NCBI GenBank assembly: GCA_965213925.1
Contig: OZ243927.1
Location: 544,001-608,000, forward strand
Direction of reading: 5' to 3'
DNA: 64,000 bases
DNA from: Trueperaceae bacterium
GTDB lineage: Bacteria; Deinococcota; Deinococci; Deinococcales; Trueperaceae
In this document: positions 37,527 through 47,092 of the stretch, in pieces
Numbering within the stretch: position 1 is the stretch's first letter
Layout: each line of letters starts with the position of its first letter
Notes under the pieces: generated by a model
Seen by the model: the letters and a program-made list of their open reading frames with translations, nothing else
Told to the model about the DNA's origin: nothing
The model's database searches: none
Position numbers and translations under genes: made by a program

Positions 37527-38850
37527 CTGCGCCTCCTTCCTCGTTACTAGGCGCGTCACTATTCAGATACTCGAGGATGTTCTTCGCGCGGCTAGGTCCA
37601 ATACCGTTGAGCGCGACGAGTTCTTCTTCTGCGGTCGGCACAGCCTCGAACGTGGCGACGCCTGCCGCGAGTAAAAAGTCACGCTCGGGCATGTCGTCGG
37701 GCAGAGGCGTACTGTTGTCACCGGTAGGTGCGTCTGCAGGGGCGTCCGTAAGCGCAGGTTGCGTAAGAAAAGCGTTCACTTCGCGGAGCTGCCGCTTTAC
37801 GGCGCGCAACTCCTTGCGGAGTTCGTAGATATTCTGGTGCGCTTCGTCCACTTCGGTGCGCGTGGGCAGGCCGCGCGACTCTAAAAACGCCTCTTGCAGC
37901 GCCTCTTCGCGCTTGCGGTACAGCATCGTCGCGCTCAGCAATTTGCCTTGCGTGCGGATGTACTCGGGCGAGCGGAACTCCTCGACGAAGACTTTGTCCG
38001 CGACGGTGATCCACTTCTGGATGAGCGCTTGATAGCTAGAGACGCTCTCGCCCTTTTGCGAAAGCGCAAGCATCTCGTCCATGATGGCGCTAAAGGCTTT
38101 GCCGGAAATCGTCGCGAGTTGGGCGCTGTAGTCCACGCTGCTGCGCTGCACATCCACCCAAGCGTCAAAGCTTTGCAAGAGCCTCTGGTTGGTCTCGCGG
38201 GTATAGCCTAGGGTCGGGCTCGAGGCGTAGCGCCCCACGGTTTTCTCAAAGGCGTCCCAGAAGACGTTGCTGAGCCCCATCATATTACCGCTCATCACGT
38301 TCTCTAGCGACATAGAAGGCATCTCTTTGAAGGGCTCTATCCAGAGCTGCATGACGTTCTGGCTCTCCTCTAGGTAGGCTTGCCACAGCTCCATGACGCT
38401 CTGCGATTCCTGAAAACCGCTCGCGGCGGCGTCCAGCCACTGCGACTGCACCTCTTGGGTGTACTGCGCGAGGGCGTCGGACCAGTTACCCGACGCCATC
38501 TGCGGCGCGAGGTCCTGCCACGCCTTCGAGGTCATCTCCAAAAGTTGCAGCATCATGTTCTGACCGGCAATTGCGCCTTCAGCAGTGCTCCGGGCGGTGC
38601 CGTTCGCGCTCGCCGCGTCACCTGATACGCTGCTCGACCAAGCTTGTAAGCTCTGCTCGGTCAGCTCGCGCCACTTTTCAGTCGCCTCGAGGTAGGGGTT
38701 CATGTACGGGTTGGATGCGGACATCGTCTTCGCCGCGTCCATCCAACCGTCCCACAGGTTCTTCTGCATCTCGACTTGCATCTGGGTCCAGGCGTCCAAC
38801 ATACCGCCTTGACCGTTTACTACCGGATTCGTAGGAATTCTAGTCGCCAT
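37504..38850 (-). CDS. phaE: Class III PHA synthase subunit PhaE with C-terminal HhH-like extension
   Basis: PTLGYTRE, W...ADK.F.E...S.EY...QG.L, GLPTR.EVDE....IYELR; immediately upstream of phaC. Confidence 0.88.
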   Translation of the reverse strand: MATRIPTNPVVNGQGGMLDAWTQMQVEMQKNLWDGWMDAAKTMSASNPYMNPYLEATEKWRELTEQSLQAWSSSVSGDAASANGTARSTAEGAIAGQNMMLQLLEMTSKAWQDLAPQMASGNWSDALAQYTQEVQSQWLDAAASGFQESQSVMELWQAYLEESQNVMQLWIEPFKEMPSMSLENVMSGNMMGLSNVFWDAFEKTVGRYASSPTLGYTRETNQRLLQSFDAWVDVQRSSVDYSAQLATISGKAFSAIMDEMLALSQKGESVSSYQALIQKWITVADKVFVEEFRSPEYIRTQGKLLSATMLYRKREEALQEAFLESRGLPTRTEVDEAHQNIYELRKELRAVKRQLREVNAFLTQPALTDAPADAPTGDNSTPLPDDMPERDFLLAAGVATFEAVPTAEEELVALNGIGPSRAKNILEYLNSDAPSNEEGGADARSRAL

Positions 38851-38851
38851 G

Positions 38852-39385
38852 TTACTTCGCGGCTTTGGCCGTTTTTTGACCCGCTTCGGTCGCCTGTTGC
38901 GCCATGTCCTTCTGGGCATCACTCACCTGTTTCGCGGCATCTTGCCAGGTCTCCATCATGCGCTGACCCTGATCCTGCCAGCTCTCCATGCCCGCGCCGC
39001 TGCCGTAGTTGCGCGCCATCTCGAAGTACATGTGCGCGAGGTTCTTCTGCGAGGCGGTCGCGTTCATGACGATCTCTTGGAGCTGCTTTGCGCCCTCGTT
39101 CATAGGCTCGGGCAGGCGCATCATGTTCGTCATGTTCTGCATGTACATGCGCGTCATCTCGGCTTGAAAGTCGAAACCTTTCGCGACGGAGTCTTCCATG
39201 ATGTCGAGCGCTTTTTTGCGGTCGCCCTCTAACTCAGATGCGCTGCTCTTCGTGCCCATGCCCATCATCGTTTGCATAATCTGCGTGTAGTTGTCGAGCA
39301 TCTGCTTCTGGGTGTCCATCCAGGTTTTCGTGAGCTGCTCGCCCTGCTTCATCGCTTCTTGTGCTTGTCTGTTAAAATCGCTCAT
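38852..39385 (-). CDS. Putative phasin/PHA-granule protein
   Basis: Gln/Met/Ala-rich amphipathic helices, stop abuts the phaE start, AAGGAG RBS. Confidence 0.6.
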   Translation of the reverse strand: MSDFNRQAQEAMKQGEQLTKTWMDTQKQMLDNYTQIMQTMMGMGTKSSASELEGDRKKALDIMEDSVAKGFDFQAEMTRMYMQNMTNMMRLPEPMNEGAKQLQEIVMNATASQKNLAHMYFEMARNYGSGAGMESWQDQGQRMMETWQDAAKQVSDAQKDMAQQATEAGQKTAKAAK

Positions 39386-39636
39386 CAAGAGTCTCCTTTT
39401 AGGTTTTACTGTTTGGGTTGACTGGTGTGTTTTTAGGGTATTCCGATCGATTAGCAATGAGTCGGTAATAAAAAATATCACCTGCTTTCTAGCATAACGA
39501 TTTTTTCACACAATGCAAGTAGCTGAGATGCAATTTCAGCGGTAAGGGGGACCAAAAGAGCCTAAACGCTCGTCTTTTCGTGCTGTAAGGCATCTTTAGC
39601 GGTCTCAAAAAGCAGACTTAAATCCTTTTATCTAAT

Positions 39637-40164
39637 TTAGCGCTCATCTTCTCCGTCTTCTTCCCTACCGACTTCTCCTTGACCCGGTTGACCCAGCCGC
39701 GACCACGACCTCCACCACGCACTCTGCGCTTCGAGCGTCTTCTGAACCGTGTCCTCCCACGTTTTAAGCACCTCTTTGGTCTGCTCGCTGCTCATCGCCT
39801 GACCCGTGCGGAGCGCCTGCACGGTGCGCTCGGACTCCTTGAACTTCTCCAGGAGTTCTTCGTACTTCGCCTCTAAAGCGTCGTAGCGCGACTTAGGCAC
39901 CATCCCAAAGGACGCCAACCACGCCTCGGTCATCTGGTTGAACACCTCGGGCTGACCGGACAGATTCGCAGGTAAGTTGGCAGGCGAATAAAACTGCGTC
40001 ATCATCTCGGCGAAATTTGGCGGCGCACCTCCGTCCTTAGTCTGGGCACTGCCCCTCGTCGTCTGCTGGAACATCTCATTCGCGCTGCTGCTCGCCTTGG
40101 TCGCCTCTGCCATGAACCGGAACCACGCTTCTAAAAGTTTGGGGTCATACGGGTTAGAGGTCAT
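39637..40164 (-). CDS. Hypothetical coiled-coil protein in the PHA cluster
   Basis: FGMVPKSRYDALEAKYEEL coiled coil; co-oriented with phaEC; leaderless TAAACT-N6-ATG. Confidence 0.65.
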   Translation of the reverse strand: MTSNPYDPKLLEAWFRFMAEATKASSSANEMFQQTTRGSAQTKDGGAPPNFAEMMTQFYSPANLPANLSGQPEVFNQMTEAWLASFGMVPKSRYDALEAKYEELLEKFKESERTVQALRTGQAMSSEQTKEVLKTWEDTVQKTLEAQSAWWRSWSRLGQPGQGEVGREEDGEDER

Positions 40165-40336
40165 GGACTTAGTTTATAGGTTTATCTCTATAAAGACTGG
40201 GCGTCGAAGCTGAGTAAAAACACAAGGTTGAGGTGAAGAGGTCTCAGGAAAAGCAGCAAAGTCTCGAGCAGGCTCTTTTAGAGGTAAAATGAGCTACTAT
40301 GGTCATTTATCTCTTTACTAGAGAGGGCTAATCTAC

Positions 40337-41284
40337 ATGTTCGATAACTTAGCAGCTTACTTCTACGAAAATTTAGCTGGCTCTTACACGGCGTATCTCG
40401 AGGTTCGCAATAACGAATCCTATGGTATGAGCAAAGACCTTCGTGCAGGAATCAGTGCAGCCACCGCCCTCTACCACGCGAGAGAGCATCTCCCTAAACA
40501 AAATCAGAAAACTAGACAACAGATTGCTAAGGAGTGCCCGGAATACGGTCTTCTCGGTGATATTACAAACGTAGCTAAACACAAGAGGGTTGATCGGAAC
40601 AACCCACAGATAACCAGCGCCGAACAGATTGCCGAAGTACTCGTGTCAACTCTCTACGAAGACGAAGAAGGATTGTATCAAGATGTATACAAAGAAGTGA
40701 CGCTAATACTAGATGATGGAACGCGCCACTACCTATCGGATTTGCTGACGGAAGTCATCAACTATTGGGGAGATGAATTCGTTCGACTTGGCATTATAGA
40801 AAGCTACAAACCATTCCCGCCCGTGTCGCATTCTGGTAATCAATACGTTAGTCGTGAAGATGCGAAAGGCACGAACGATATTGAAATGATGGGCGGAGTA
40901 CGCTTTCAGCAAACCATCTTATTTCTTAGGTATAACGCGAAATTGGAAAAGGCAGAACCAATTCTAGCTGAAGATATTAAACGCATGCGTGTCGTTTTCT
41001 ACAAGCCATCTCATGCAGCCACTCTCACTCTTGACCTAAAACTCAGCTCTGGTGAAGAGTATTCCATATCGCTCGACTCAACAGCAGAAGAGTCAGAGAA
41101 ATGGCGCTCACTAAAAACTGACGAGGAGCGCCAAGAGTTTGTAGACAATCTTTTTGGAGAAAGAGCTGAGGAAATAGACCAACTTCTCGCCGAAGCAATT
41201 GAGAACAAGAGTGATAAATCTGTTAATAGTAAAGAGCTGAGGAATGCCGCCATCGTAGCATCAGGAAAGGTTAAGAGCGTTTAA
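40337..41284 (+). CDS. Hypothetical protein, AT-rich, possibly HEPN-like
   Basis: 315-aa ORF with atypical codon usage; ALYH...DITNVAKH motif. Confidence 0.7.
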   Translation: MFDNLAAYFYENLAGSYTAYLEVRNNESYGMSKDLRAGISAATALYHAREHLPKQNQKTRQQIAKECPEYGLLGDITNVAKHKRVDRNNPQITSAEQIAEVLVSTLYEDEEGLYQDVYKEVTLILDDGTRHYLSDLLTEVINYWGDEFVRLGIIESYKPFPPVSHSGNQYVSREDAKGTNDIEMMGGVRFQQTILFLRYNAKLEKAEPILAEDIKRMRVVFYKPSHAATLTLDLKLSSGEEYSISLDSTAEESEKWRSLKTDEERQEFVDNLFGERAEEIDQLLAEAIENKSDKSVNSKELRNAAIVASGKVKSV

Positions 41285-41415
41285 CGGCTTGCTTCCTTTC
41301 CCAACCAAATATATCGTCGTAAGCACCTCTGGAAACTTTCGCAACAACGCTTATAGCCGTGAAGATTTCATCACAGCGAGAGCCATATGGGGAGTGCTAA
41401 GGTAGGCAGGTTGAT

Positions 41416-42069
41416 ATGTCTTTATCTATGATCATCAAACGCCTCATCGACATCGTCGGAGCCGCCTCGGTGCTGCTCGTTCTCTCCCCGCTTCTCATCG
41501 CGACGGTGATTTGTATCGTGTTGGAGGACGGCTTCCCTATCTTCTTCACGCAAAAGCGGGCGGGACAAGGTGAAAAAGAGTTCGACATCTTAAAGTTCCG
41601 CAGCATGAGGGTCAACACCGAAGCCGCCGAGACGATGGGCACGGTGACAGGGACGCACCCTCTGGTCACGCGCACGGGCCGCTTCATCCGCCGCTTCAAA
41701 ATCGACGAGTTGCCGCAGATCATCAACGTCTTAAAGGGCGACCTCAGTCTGGTGGGTCCGCGCCCGACGCTGCTCGCGCAAGTAAAAGAGTACAGCGACT
41801 TCGAGCGCCGCCGCATGGAAATGAAACCGGGCATGACGGGCTGGGCGCAGGTGAATGGCAACATCAACCTGCCCTGGGAAGAGCGCATCGCGTTAGACGT
41901 ATGGTACGTCGAGAACTGGTCACTTATTTTGGATTTCAAGATTTTACTGCGAACGGTGGGGGTCGTTCTCTTCGGCGAGACGCCTAACCCCCACGCCTTG
42001 GAGGAGGCTCACGCCCATGCAAGCCAATATGCAAACTGCCTTAAAAACCGTCCTCATCGGAGCGGTTGA
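41416..42069 (+). CDS. Bacterial sugar (phosphoglycosyl) transferase
   Basis: IKRLIDI, KFRSM, IDELPQ..NV.KGD.SLVGPRP, KPGMTGWAQVNG. Confidence 0.93.
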   Translation: MSLSMIIKRLIDIVGAASVLLVLSPLLIATVICIVLEDGFPIFFTQKRAGQGEKEFDILKFRSMRVNTEAAETMGTVTGTHPLVTRTGRFIRRFKIDELPQIINVLKGDLSLVGPRPTLLAQVKEYSDFERRRMEMKPGMTGWAQVNGNINLPWEERIALDVWYVENWSLILDFKILLRTVGVVLFGETPNPHALEEAHAHASQYANCLKNRPHRSG

Positions 42070-43015
42070 GAGCACTGAAACTGCCCTGAAATGCTTAGCC
42101 GAGCGCGGCACCCCGCCCGCTGCGCTGGTCACGCTGCCTTTAGAAAAAGCCTTTCGCCATTCTGACTTTGTGGACTTGCGTCCGCTAGCAGAAAAGCACG
42201 GTGTTAAAGTCATCGAGGCGGCGAACGTCAATAAGCCCGACATTTTAGAGCAACTTCACGAGGTCGCCCCGGACTACATCCTCGTCATCGGCTGGTCACA
42301 GATTCTTAAAGAGGAGCTCTTCGCCGCTGCTAAAGAGGATTTAATCGGCTATCACCCCGCGGTGATTCCCGAGAATAGAGGACGCGCGGTGATTCCCTGG
42401 ACGATTTTGCAGCGCAAGCGCACAGCGGGCGCGACGCTCTTCTGGCTCGACCAGGGAATGGACACGGGCGATATCTTGGTGCAGGAGTCGTTTCCGATTG
42501 ACGAAGACGAAACCGCTTACACGCTCTACTACAAGCAGTTGGGGCTCTTGGAGAAGATGCTCCACGACGCCTTGTGCCACATCGAAGCGGGCGACCCGCC
42601 GCGCATCAAACAGGACCATAGCCAAGCGACCTACTGCGCTAAGCGTACTAAAAACGACGGACTTATCGACTGGAACAAGAGCGCCGAAGAGGTCTGGACG
42701 CTCATCCGCGCCGTGACTCGCCCGTATCCGGGCGCGTTCACGTTTGACGGCGACATGCGGTTGACGATTTGGAACGCCGAATTTGTCGGCGAAGTACCCT
42801 ACTGGGGTAAGCCTGGACAGGTGCAAGCTTTCACGGACGAGGGCGCGCTGATTCAGTGCGGGGACGGCGAGCATATTTTAGTGACCGAGATGCAGGCGGA
42901 CGAGGACGCGCCCAAGCATCCGCAGGAAATACTCAAGATGCACGCGACGCTAGGGATTGACGTGCTTAAACTTTATACCCAACTTCAAAAGTTACAAGAG
43001 GTACGCAGTGAATAA
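42017..43015 (+). CDS. Formyltransferase (Fmt/ArnA-like), likely sugar N-formyltransferase
   Basis: GYHPA..P..RGRA...W.I, MDTGDI, IDW, IRA...PYPGAF; lacks the FMGTP start of tRNA Fmt. Confidence 0.85.
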   Translation: MQANMQTALKTVLIGAVESTETALKCLAERGTPPAALVTLPLEKAFRHSDFVDLRPLAEKHGVKVIEAANVNKPDILEQLHEVAPDYILVIGWSQILKEELFAAAKEDLIGYHPAVIPENRGRAVIPWTILQRKRTAGATLFWLDQGMDTGDILVQESFPIDEDETAYTLYYKQLGLLEKMLHDALCHIEAGDPPRIKQDHSQATYCAKRTKNDGLIDWNKSAEEVWTLIRAVTRPYPGAFTFDGDMRLTIWNAEFVGEVPYWGKPGQVQAFTDEGALIQCGDGEHILVTEMQADEDAPKHPQEILKMHATLGIDVLKLYTQLQKLQEVRSE

Positions 43016-43694
43016 CCCTGTGAGTGATACCGCTCTGATTTTAGCGCCGCATCCGGATGATGAGGTCTTGGGCTGCGGCGGCACGATGGCAAAGCTGGCG
43101 CAAGAGGGCTGGGACGTCGTCGTCCTCATTCCGACGAGAGGTGCAAAGCAGCTTTACAGCGATGAACAGGTGGCGACGGTGCGCCGCGAAGCGAAAGAGG
43201 TGCACGACTTTTTAGGCGTCGCGGATACGATTTTCTTGGACGACTTCCCGGCAGCGTACCTCGATACCGTGCCGCAAGCGGAGGTCAACATTGCGCTTTC
43301 CAAAATCGTGCAAGAGGTCAAGCCGAACGCGCTTTACCTGCCCTTTTTAGGCGACATCCACGACGACCACCAGCGCTTTTTTCATGCGGGGATGGTCGCG
43401 TCGCGTCCGAATGGCAACTACGCCCCTGAGCGCATCTACGCTTACGAAACCCTTTCTGAAACGAATTGGAACGCGCCGCTGCTCACGCCCGGCTTCATCC
43501 CGAACTCGTTTTACGACATTTCTGAAACGCTCGAGAAAAAACTGGACGCCATGAAGATGTACGGCAGCCAAGTCCGCCCCTTTCCCAACGAGAGGTCATT
43601 GGAATCTTTACGCGCCCTAGCCATGCTGCGCGGCTCGACGGTGGGCTTTCACGCGGCGGAGGCGTTCGTCATGGTGAGGGAGACGAGAGGGTAG
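43008..43694 (+). CDS. PIG-L/LmbE family deacetylase
   Basis: APHPDDEVLGCGG, DIHDDH, YETLSET.W, AEAF. Confidence 0.9.
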   Translation: MNNPVSDTALILAPHPDDEVLGCGGTMAKLAQEGWDVVVLIPTRGAKQLYSDEQVATVRREAKEVHDFLGVADTIFLDDFPAAYLDTVPQAEVNIALSKIVQEVKPNALYLPFLGDIHDDHQRFFHAGMVASRPNGNYAPERIYAYETLSETNWNAPLLTPGFIPNSFYDISETLEKKLDAMKMYGSQVRPFPNERSLESLRALAMLRGSTVGFHAAEAFVMVRETRG

Positions 43695-43812
43695 GTACGG
43701 CACGGCTCTCATTCGGCACACCTCAGTTTTCTCATAAAAGTGAAGTTTGTATGAACGGAGACGGCTAAATATCACATCGCAACCCTGCGCGCTAGGCCTA
43801 CAATGAAGTACC

Positions 43813-44118
43813 ATGAAAATAGCCGAGTTCGAGACACACTCTTCCTACGTCAACCAAACGCTCGCTGATTCGGTTCAAATGCTCCAGGCAGAGATCGACC
43901 AAACGATGGATAGGAGTGTGGGCTTGTACCTTACCGCCTACATTGCTATAGGCGTGGTCATCATAGCGTCTTTGCAGTGGACGCTGAATTTACCTCCTTT
44001 CGCCATGCTCGCGCTTACCCTCCTCTACCTAGCAGGTATTTTCGGGTTCTCCCTTCTTAAACTCTACCGGGCTATTCGAAAAGCTGAGTGCCTCAGTAGC
44101 GTTCTTAATGCTCAGTAG
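43813..44118 (+). CDS. Small two-TM membrane protein
   Basis: Two hydrophobic segments; TACAAT box upstream. Confidence 0.6.
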   Translation: MKIAEFETHSSYVNQTLADSVQMLQAEIDQTMDRSVGLYLTAYIAIGVVIIASLQWTLNLPPFAMLALTLLYLAGIFGFSLLKLYRAIRKAECLSSVLNAQ

Positions 44119-44194
44119 CGGTCATGTGAGGCTGGCTATTTGAAGCCTTCTTTCGAAAGGTTCTAAAGCAGCTTAAAACCGCTAAACTGATCTC

Positions 44195-44857
44195 ATGGCG
44201 AAATCGTTCGTACCACTGGTGCATCTCGAGCATTCACCGAGCGAGATGAAGCGCCGCGCCGCGCGCTTTTACGAAGAGGTCAAGGCGCGGCGCTCCGTGC
44301 GCGACTTTTCGGACAGACCCGTACCTAAAGAGGTCATCGAGCATTGCCTTTTAGCTGCGGGCACTGCGCCCAACGGCGCAAATTTACAACCGTGGCACTT
44401 CGTCGCGGTGAGTAACGGGGCGGTTAAGCGGCGAATTCGCGCGGCGGCAGAAGCCGAAGAGCGCGAGTTCTACGCGCGCCGCGCTCCCGACGAGTGGTTG
44501 GACGCGCTCGCGCCGCTCGGGACGGACGCGAACAAACCTTTTCTGGAGCGCGCGCCCGTTCTCATCGCCGTCTTCGCGCAGCGCTACGGGCTAGAAAACG
44601 GCAACAAGGTCAAGCACTATTACGTGTCAGAATCCGTAGGCATCGCCTGCGGCGTTCTTGTCACGGCGCTCCACCACGCGGGGCTCGCCTGCTTGACACA
44701 TACGCCGAGCCCGATGAGGTTTCTAAGCGAAATTTTAGAACGCCCCAAGCGCGAGCAAGCGTACCTCTTGCTCGTCGTGGGCTACCCGGCCGAGGGCGCG
44801 GAGGTGCCTGAGATCGAGAAGAAACCGCTCGCAGAAATTGCGACGTTCCTCGAGTAA
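44195..44857 (+). CDS. Nitroreductase-superfamily flavoprotein, iodotyrosine deiodinase-like
   Basis: [31 protein letters not shown]...LAPLGT...[22 protein letters not shown]. Confidence 0.85.
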   Translation: MAKSFVPLVHLEHSPSEMKRRAARFYEEVKARRSVRDFSDRPVPKEVIEHCLLAAGTAPNGANLQPWHFVAVSNGAVKRRIRAAAEAEEREFYARRAPDEWLDALAPLGTDANKPFLERAPVLIAVFAQRYGLENGNKVKHYYVSESVGIACGVLVTALHHAGLACLTHTPSPMRFLSEILERPKREQAYLLLVVGYPAEGAEVPEIEKKPLAEIATFLE

Positions 44858-44866
44858 CCTTTCCAA

Positions 44867-45916
44867 CTAAGAATCCGCCACGCCCGCCTCCGCAAAGGTC
44901 GCCATATCCGCGAGAACGGCGGCGGCGCTCTCCAGTATTCCAAACGCTAAAACCGCGCCCGAGCCCTCCCCCAAACGCATGTCGAACGCGAAGAGCGGCG
45001 CTAAACCGAGGTGTTTCAGCTGCCTTTTGTGTCCGGGCTCTTGCGACAGGTGCGACGCGAAGAGGTAGTCTTTGACGTTCGGATTTAGCGCGGTCGCAAC
45101 GAGCGCGGCGGAGGTCGCGATAAAGCCGTCCAAAACTACAGGAACACGCCGCGCGGCCGCACCGAGATAAAAGCCCGTGAGCGCGGCGATTTCTAAGCCG
45201 CCGACCTTTGCTAAGACCTCTAAAGGTCTCGAGGCGTCGGGCTGATGCTTAGCGAGCACACGTTGAATCACGCCGATCTTATGGGTTAGGCGCTCGTCGT
45301 CTATGCCCGTCCCGCGTCCCGTCACCTCTCGGACCTCGCTCGATGTGAAAACAGCGGTCAGCGCTGCTGCCGCTGTCGTGTTGCCGATGCCCATTTCGCC
45401 TCCCGCGAGGAGCGTCGCGCCCCCCTGGATGAGCGTGTCGGCGACTTCGGTGCCGACCTCGCACGCCCGTTCGACCTCCCCCGATGTCATCGCGGGCTCG
45501 TCCGCCATGTTCTTCGTGCCCGGCGCGACTTTGCGGTTCAGGAGTGCGGGGTGAGGCTCCACGTCCGTCGCGACGCCGACATCCACGATGAGGAACGAGG
45601 CGTCTGCGACCTCCGCGAGCGCGTTCACCGCCGCGCCGCCTCGCAAGAAGTTCACGACCATCTGCGCCGTGACCTCTTGCGGAAACGCCGACACGCCCGC
45701 CGCCGTGACGCCGTGGTCGGCGGCGAAAACGGCGACGCCTTTGCCCTTCACGCGAGGTTTGGGCGTGCCGTAAATCGAGGCGAGACGAATACCTAGGGGC
45801 TCAAGCTGACCCAAACTCCCCGGCGGCTTGGTGAGCTGGTCATGCCGCGCCCTCGCTCGCTCCGCGACCCCTCGGTCTGCGCCGCCGATGTTTTCCACGG
45901 CCTCTCTAAGCGTCAA
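44867..45916 (-). CDS. cobT: Nicotinate-nucleotide--dimethylbenzimidazole phosphoribosyltransferase
   Basis: LTKPPGSLGQLE, FAADHGV, GEMGIGNTT, GRGTG, VLDGFI, MRLGEGSGA. Confidence 0.95.
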   Translation of the reverse strand: MTLREAVENIGGADRGVAERARARHDQLTKPPGSLGQLEPLGIRLASIYGTPKPRVKGKGVAVFAADHGVTAAGVSAFPQEVTAQMVVNFLRGGAAVNALAEVADASFLIVDVGVATDVEPHPALLNRKVAPGTKNMADEPAMTSGEVERACEVGTEVADTLIQGGATLLAGGEMGIGNTTAAAALTAVFTSSEVREVTGRGTGIDDERLTHKIGVIQRVLAKHQPDASRPLEVLAKVGGLEIAALTGFYLGAAARRVPVVLDGFIATSAALVATALNPNVKDYLFASHLSQEPGHKRQLKHLGLAPLFAFDMRLGEGSGAVLAFGILESAAAVLADMATFAEAGVADS

Positions 45917-46472
45917 CTGTGACCTCCGGCGGCGTTCCTTTGAGCACCTGCGGGATGCCGACGCTCATGAGGACGACCGCGTCGGCGGCTCGAGCGACCC
46001 TCGCGTTCGCCGCCCCGAGCGCGTCCCTGAACCAGCGCCCTAACGGATACGCCGGGACGACACCGCTGCCGACCTCGTTACTGACGATGATAACGGTCTT
46101 TTGGGAGGTTCGAACCGCTTCTACGACCTCTTCGACCGCGTCCGAAATCGCTTGCGCCGCCGCGACCTCGCCCCTATCCTCGTGCTCCAACAAGAGGTTC
46201 GACACAAACCCCGATAGACAGTCGAGGAGGACGATGTCTGCTTCCACTTGAGAGATTGCCTCAGCCACCTCCAAGCGAGTCTCGAGCGTGCGCCAGCCCG
46301 CAGGTCGCCGCGCCCTATGCTGCGCGACGCGGCGCGTCATCTCGTCGTCGGAAGCGTCCAAGGTGGCGATATACGCGACTTCACCCCCGAAGTGCGCTTC
46401 ATAGTGCGCTGCCAAAACCTCCGCGTAGCGCGACTTGCCCGAACGCGCCCCGCCCGTGACGAAAACCTTCAA
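45906..46472 (-). CDS. cobU: Adenosylcobinamide kinase/guanylyltransferase
   Basis: TGGARSGKSRYAE, D.EM..R...H...RP..W, LLDCL, VSNEVG.G. Confidence 0.95.
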   Translation of the reverse strand: MKVFVTGGARSGKSRYAEVLAAHYEAHFGGEVAYIATLDASDDEMTRRVAQHRARRPAGWRTLETRLEVAEAISQVEADIVLLDCLSGFVSNLLLEHEDRGEVAAAQAISDAVEEVVEAVRTSQKTVIIVSNEVGSGVVPAYPLGRWFRDALGAANARVARAADAVVLMSVGIPQVLKGTPPEVTVDA

Positions 46473-47092
46473 TCAGGTACCGTCTGCAAATCGCCCAGGT
46501 GCGACGTGTCGTTCACCTTGCTGACGATGATGCCCATGTCGCCGATGACGAGCCGAGTCACGCTACCCAGGTCCACCTGGAAGCGCCAGGTCTGAGCGTG
46601 CGGCAAGCCCGTCACATGGTAGAGCGCGCTGCGAATCGTGCCGCCGTGCGTAAAAGCGACCGCGCGCCCCGACTTAGGGAGTTCGCCCAGCCACTCGCGC
46701 ACGCGCCCCAAGAGGTCTTCGTACGACTCGCCCTCGGGGGCGCGGTTGCGGTAGGGGTCTTTGAACCAGGCATCTAAGGCGCGCTTGTCCGCGCCCTCCA
46801 TCTCGCGCCAATACTTGCCCTCCCACGCGCCGAAGTCGATCTCGCGCAGCCGAGGCTCCAACTGCACATCCGCCGCTGGCAAGACCAGCCGAGAGGTGTA
46901 GCGCGTGCGAGAGAGGTCCGAGGCATAGACCGCGTCGAAACGCAGGTGCCCGATGCGCTTAGCCAAGCATTCCGCCTGCTGAATGCCGAGTTCATTTAAG
47001 GGCGGGTCGCTCTGACCCAACGCGCGCCCCTCGCGGTTCCACAGCGTTTCGCCGTGGCGCACGAGCCAGAGTTCCAAGACGTTGTTAGGCAT
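46469..47092 (-). CDS. Histidine phosphatase (CobC-like)
   Basis: LVRHGET.WN, SDL.R, LREIDFG.WEG, GES, THGG. Confidence 0.88.
   Translation of the reverse strand: MPNNVLELWLVRHGETLWNREGRALGQSDPPLNELGIQQAECLAKRIGHLRFDAVYASDLSRTRYTSRLVLPAADVQLEPRLREIDFGAWEGKYWREMEGADKRALDAWFKDPYRNRAPEGESYEDLLGRVREWLGELPKSGRAVAFTHGGTIRSALYHVTGLPHAQTWRFQVDLGSVTRLVIGDMGIIVSKVNDTSHLGDLQTVPD

Noticed and set aside
42017..43015. Housekeeping fmt
   Set aside because: Lacks the FMGTP N-terminal motif and sits between sugar-modifying genes
44195..44857. bluB call based on proximity to cobT
   Set aside because: Motifs match the iodotyrosine deiodinase subgroup and the gene is convergent, not operonic
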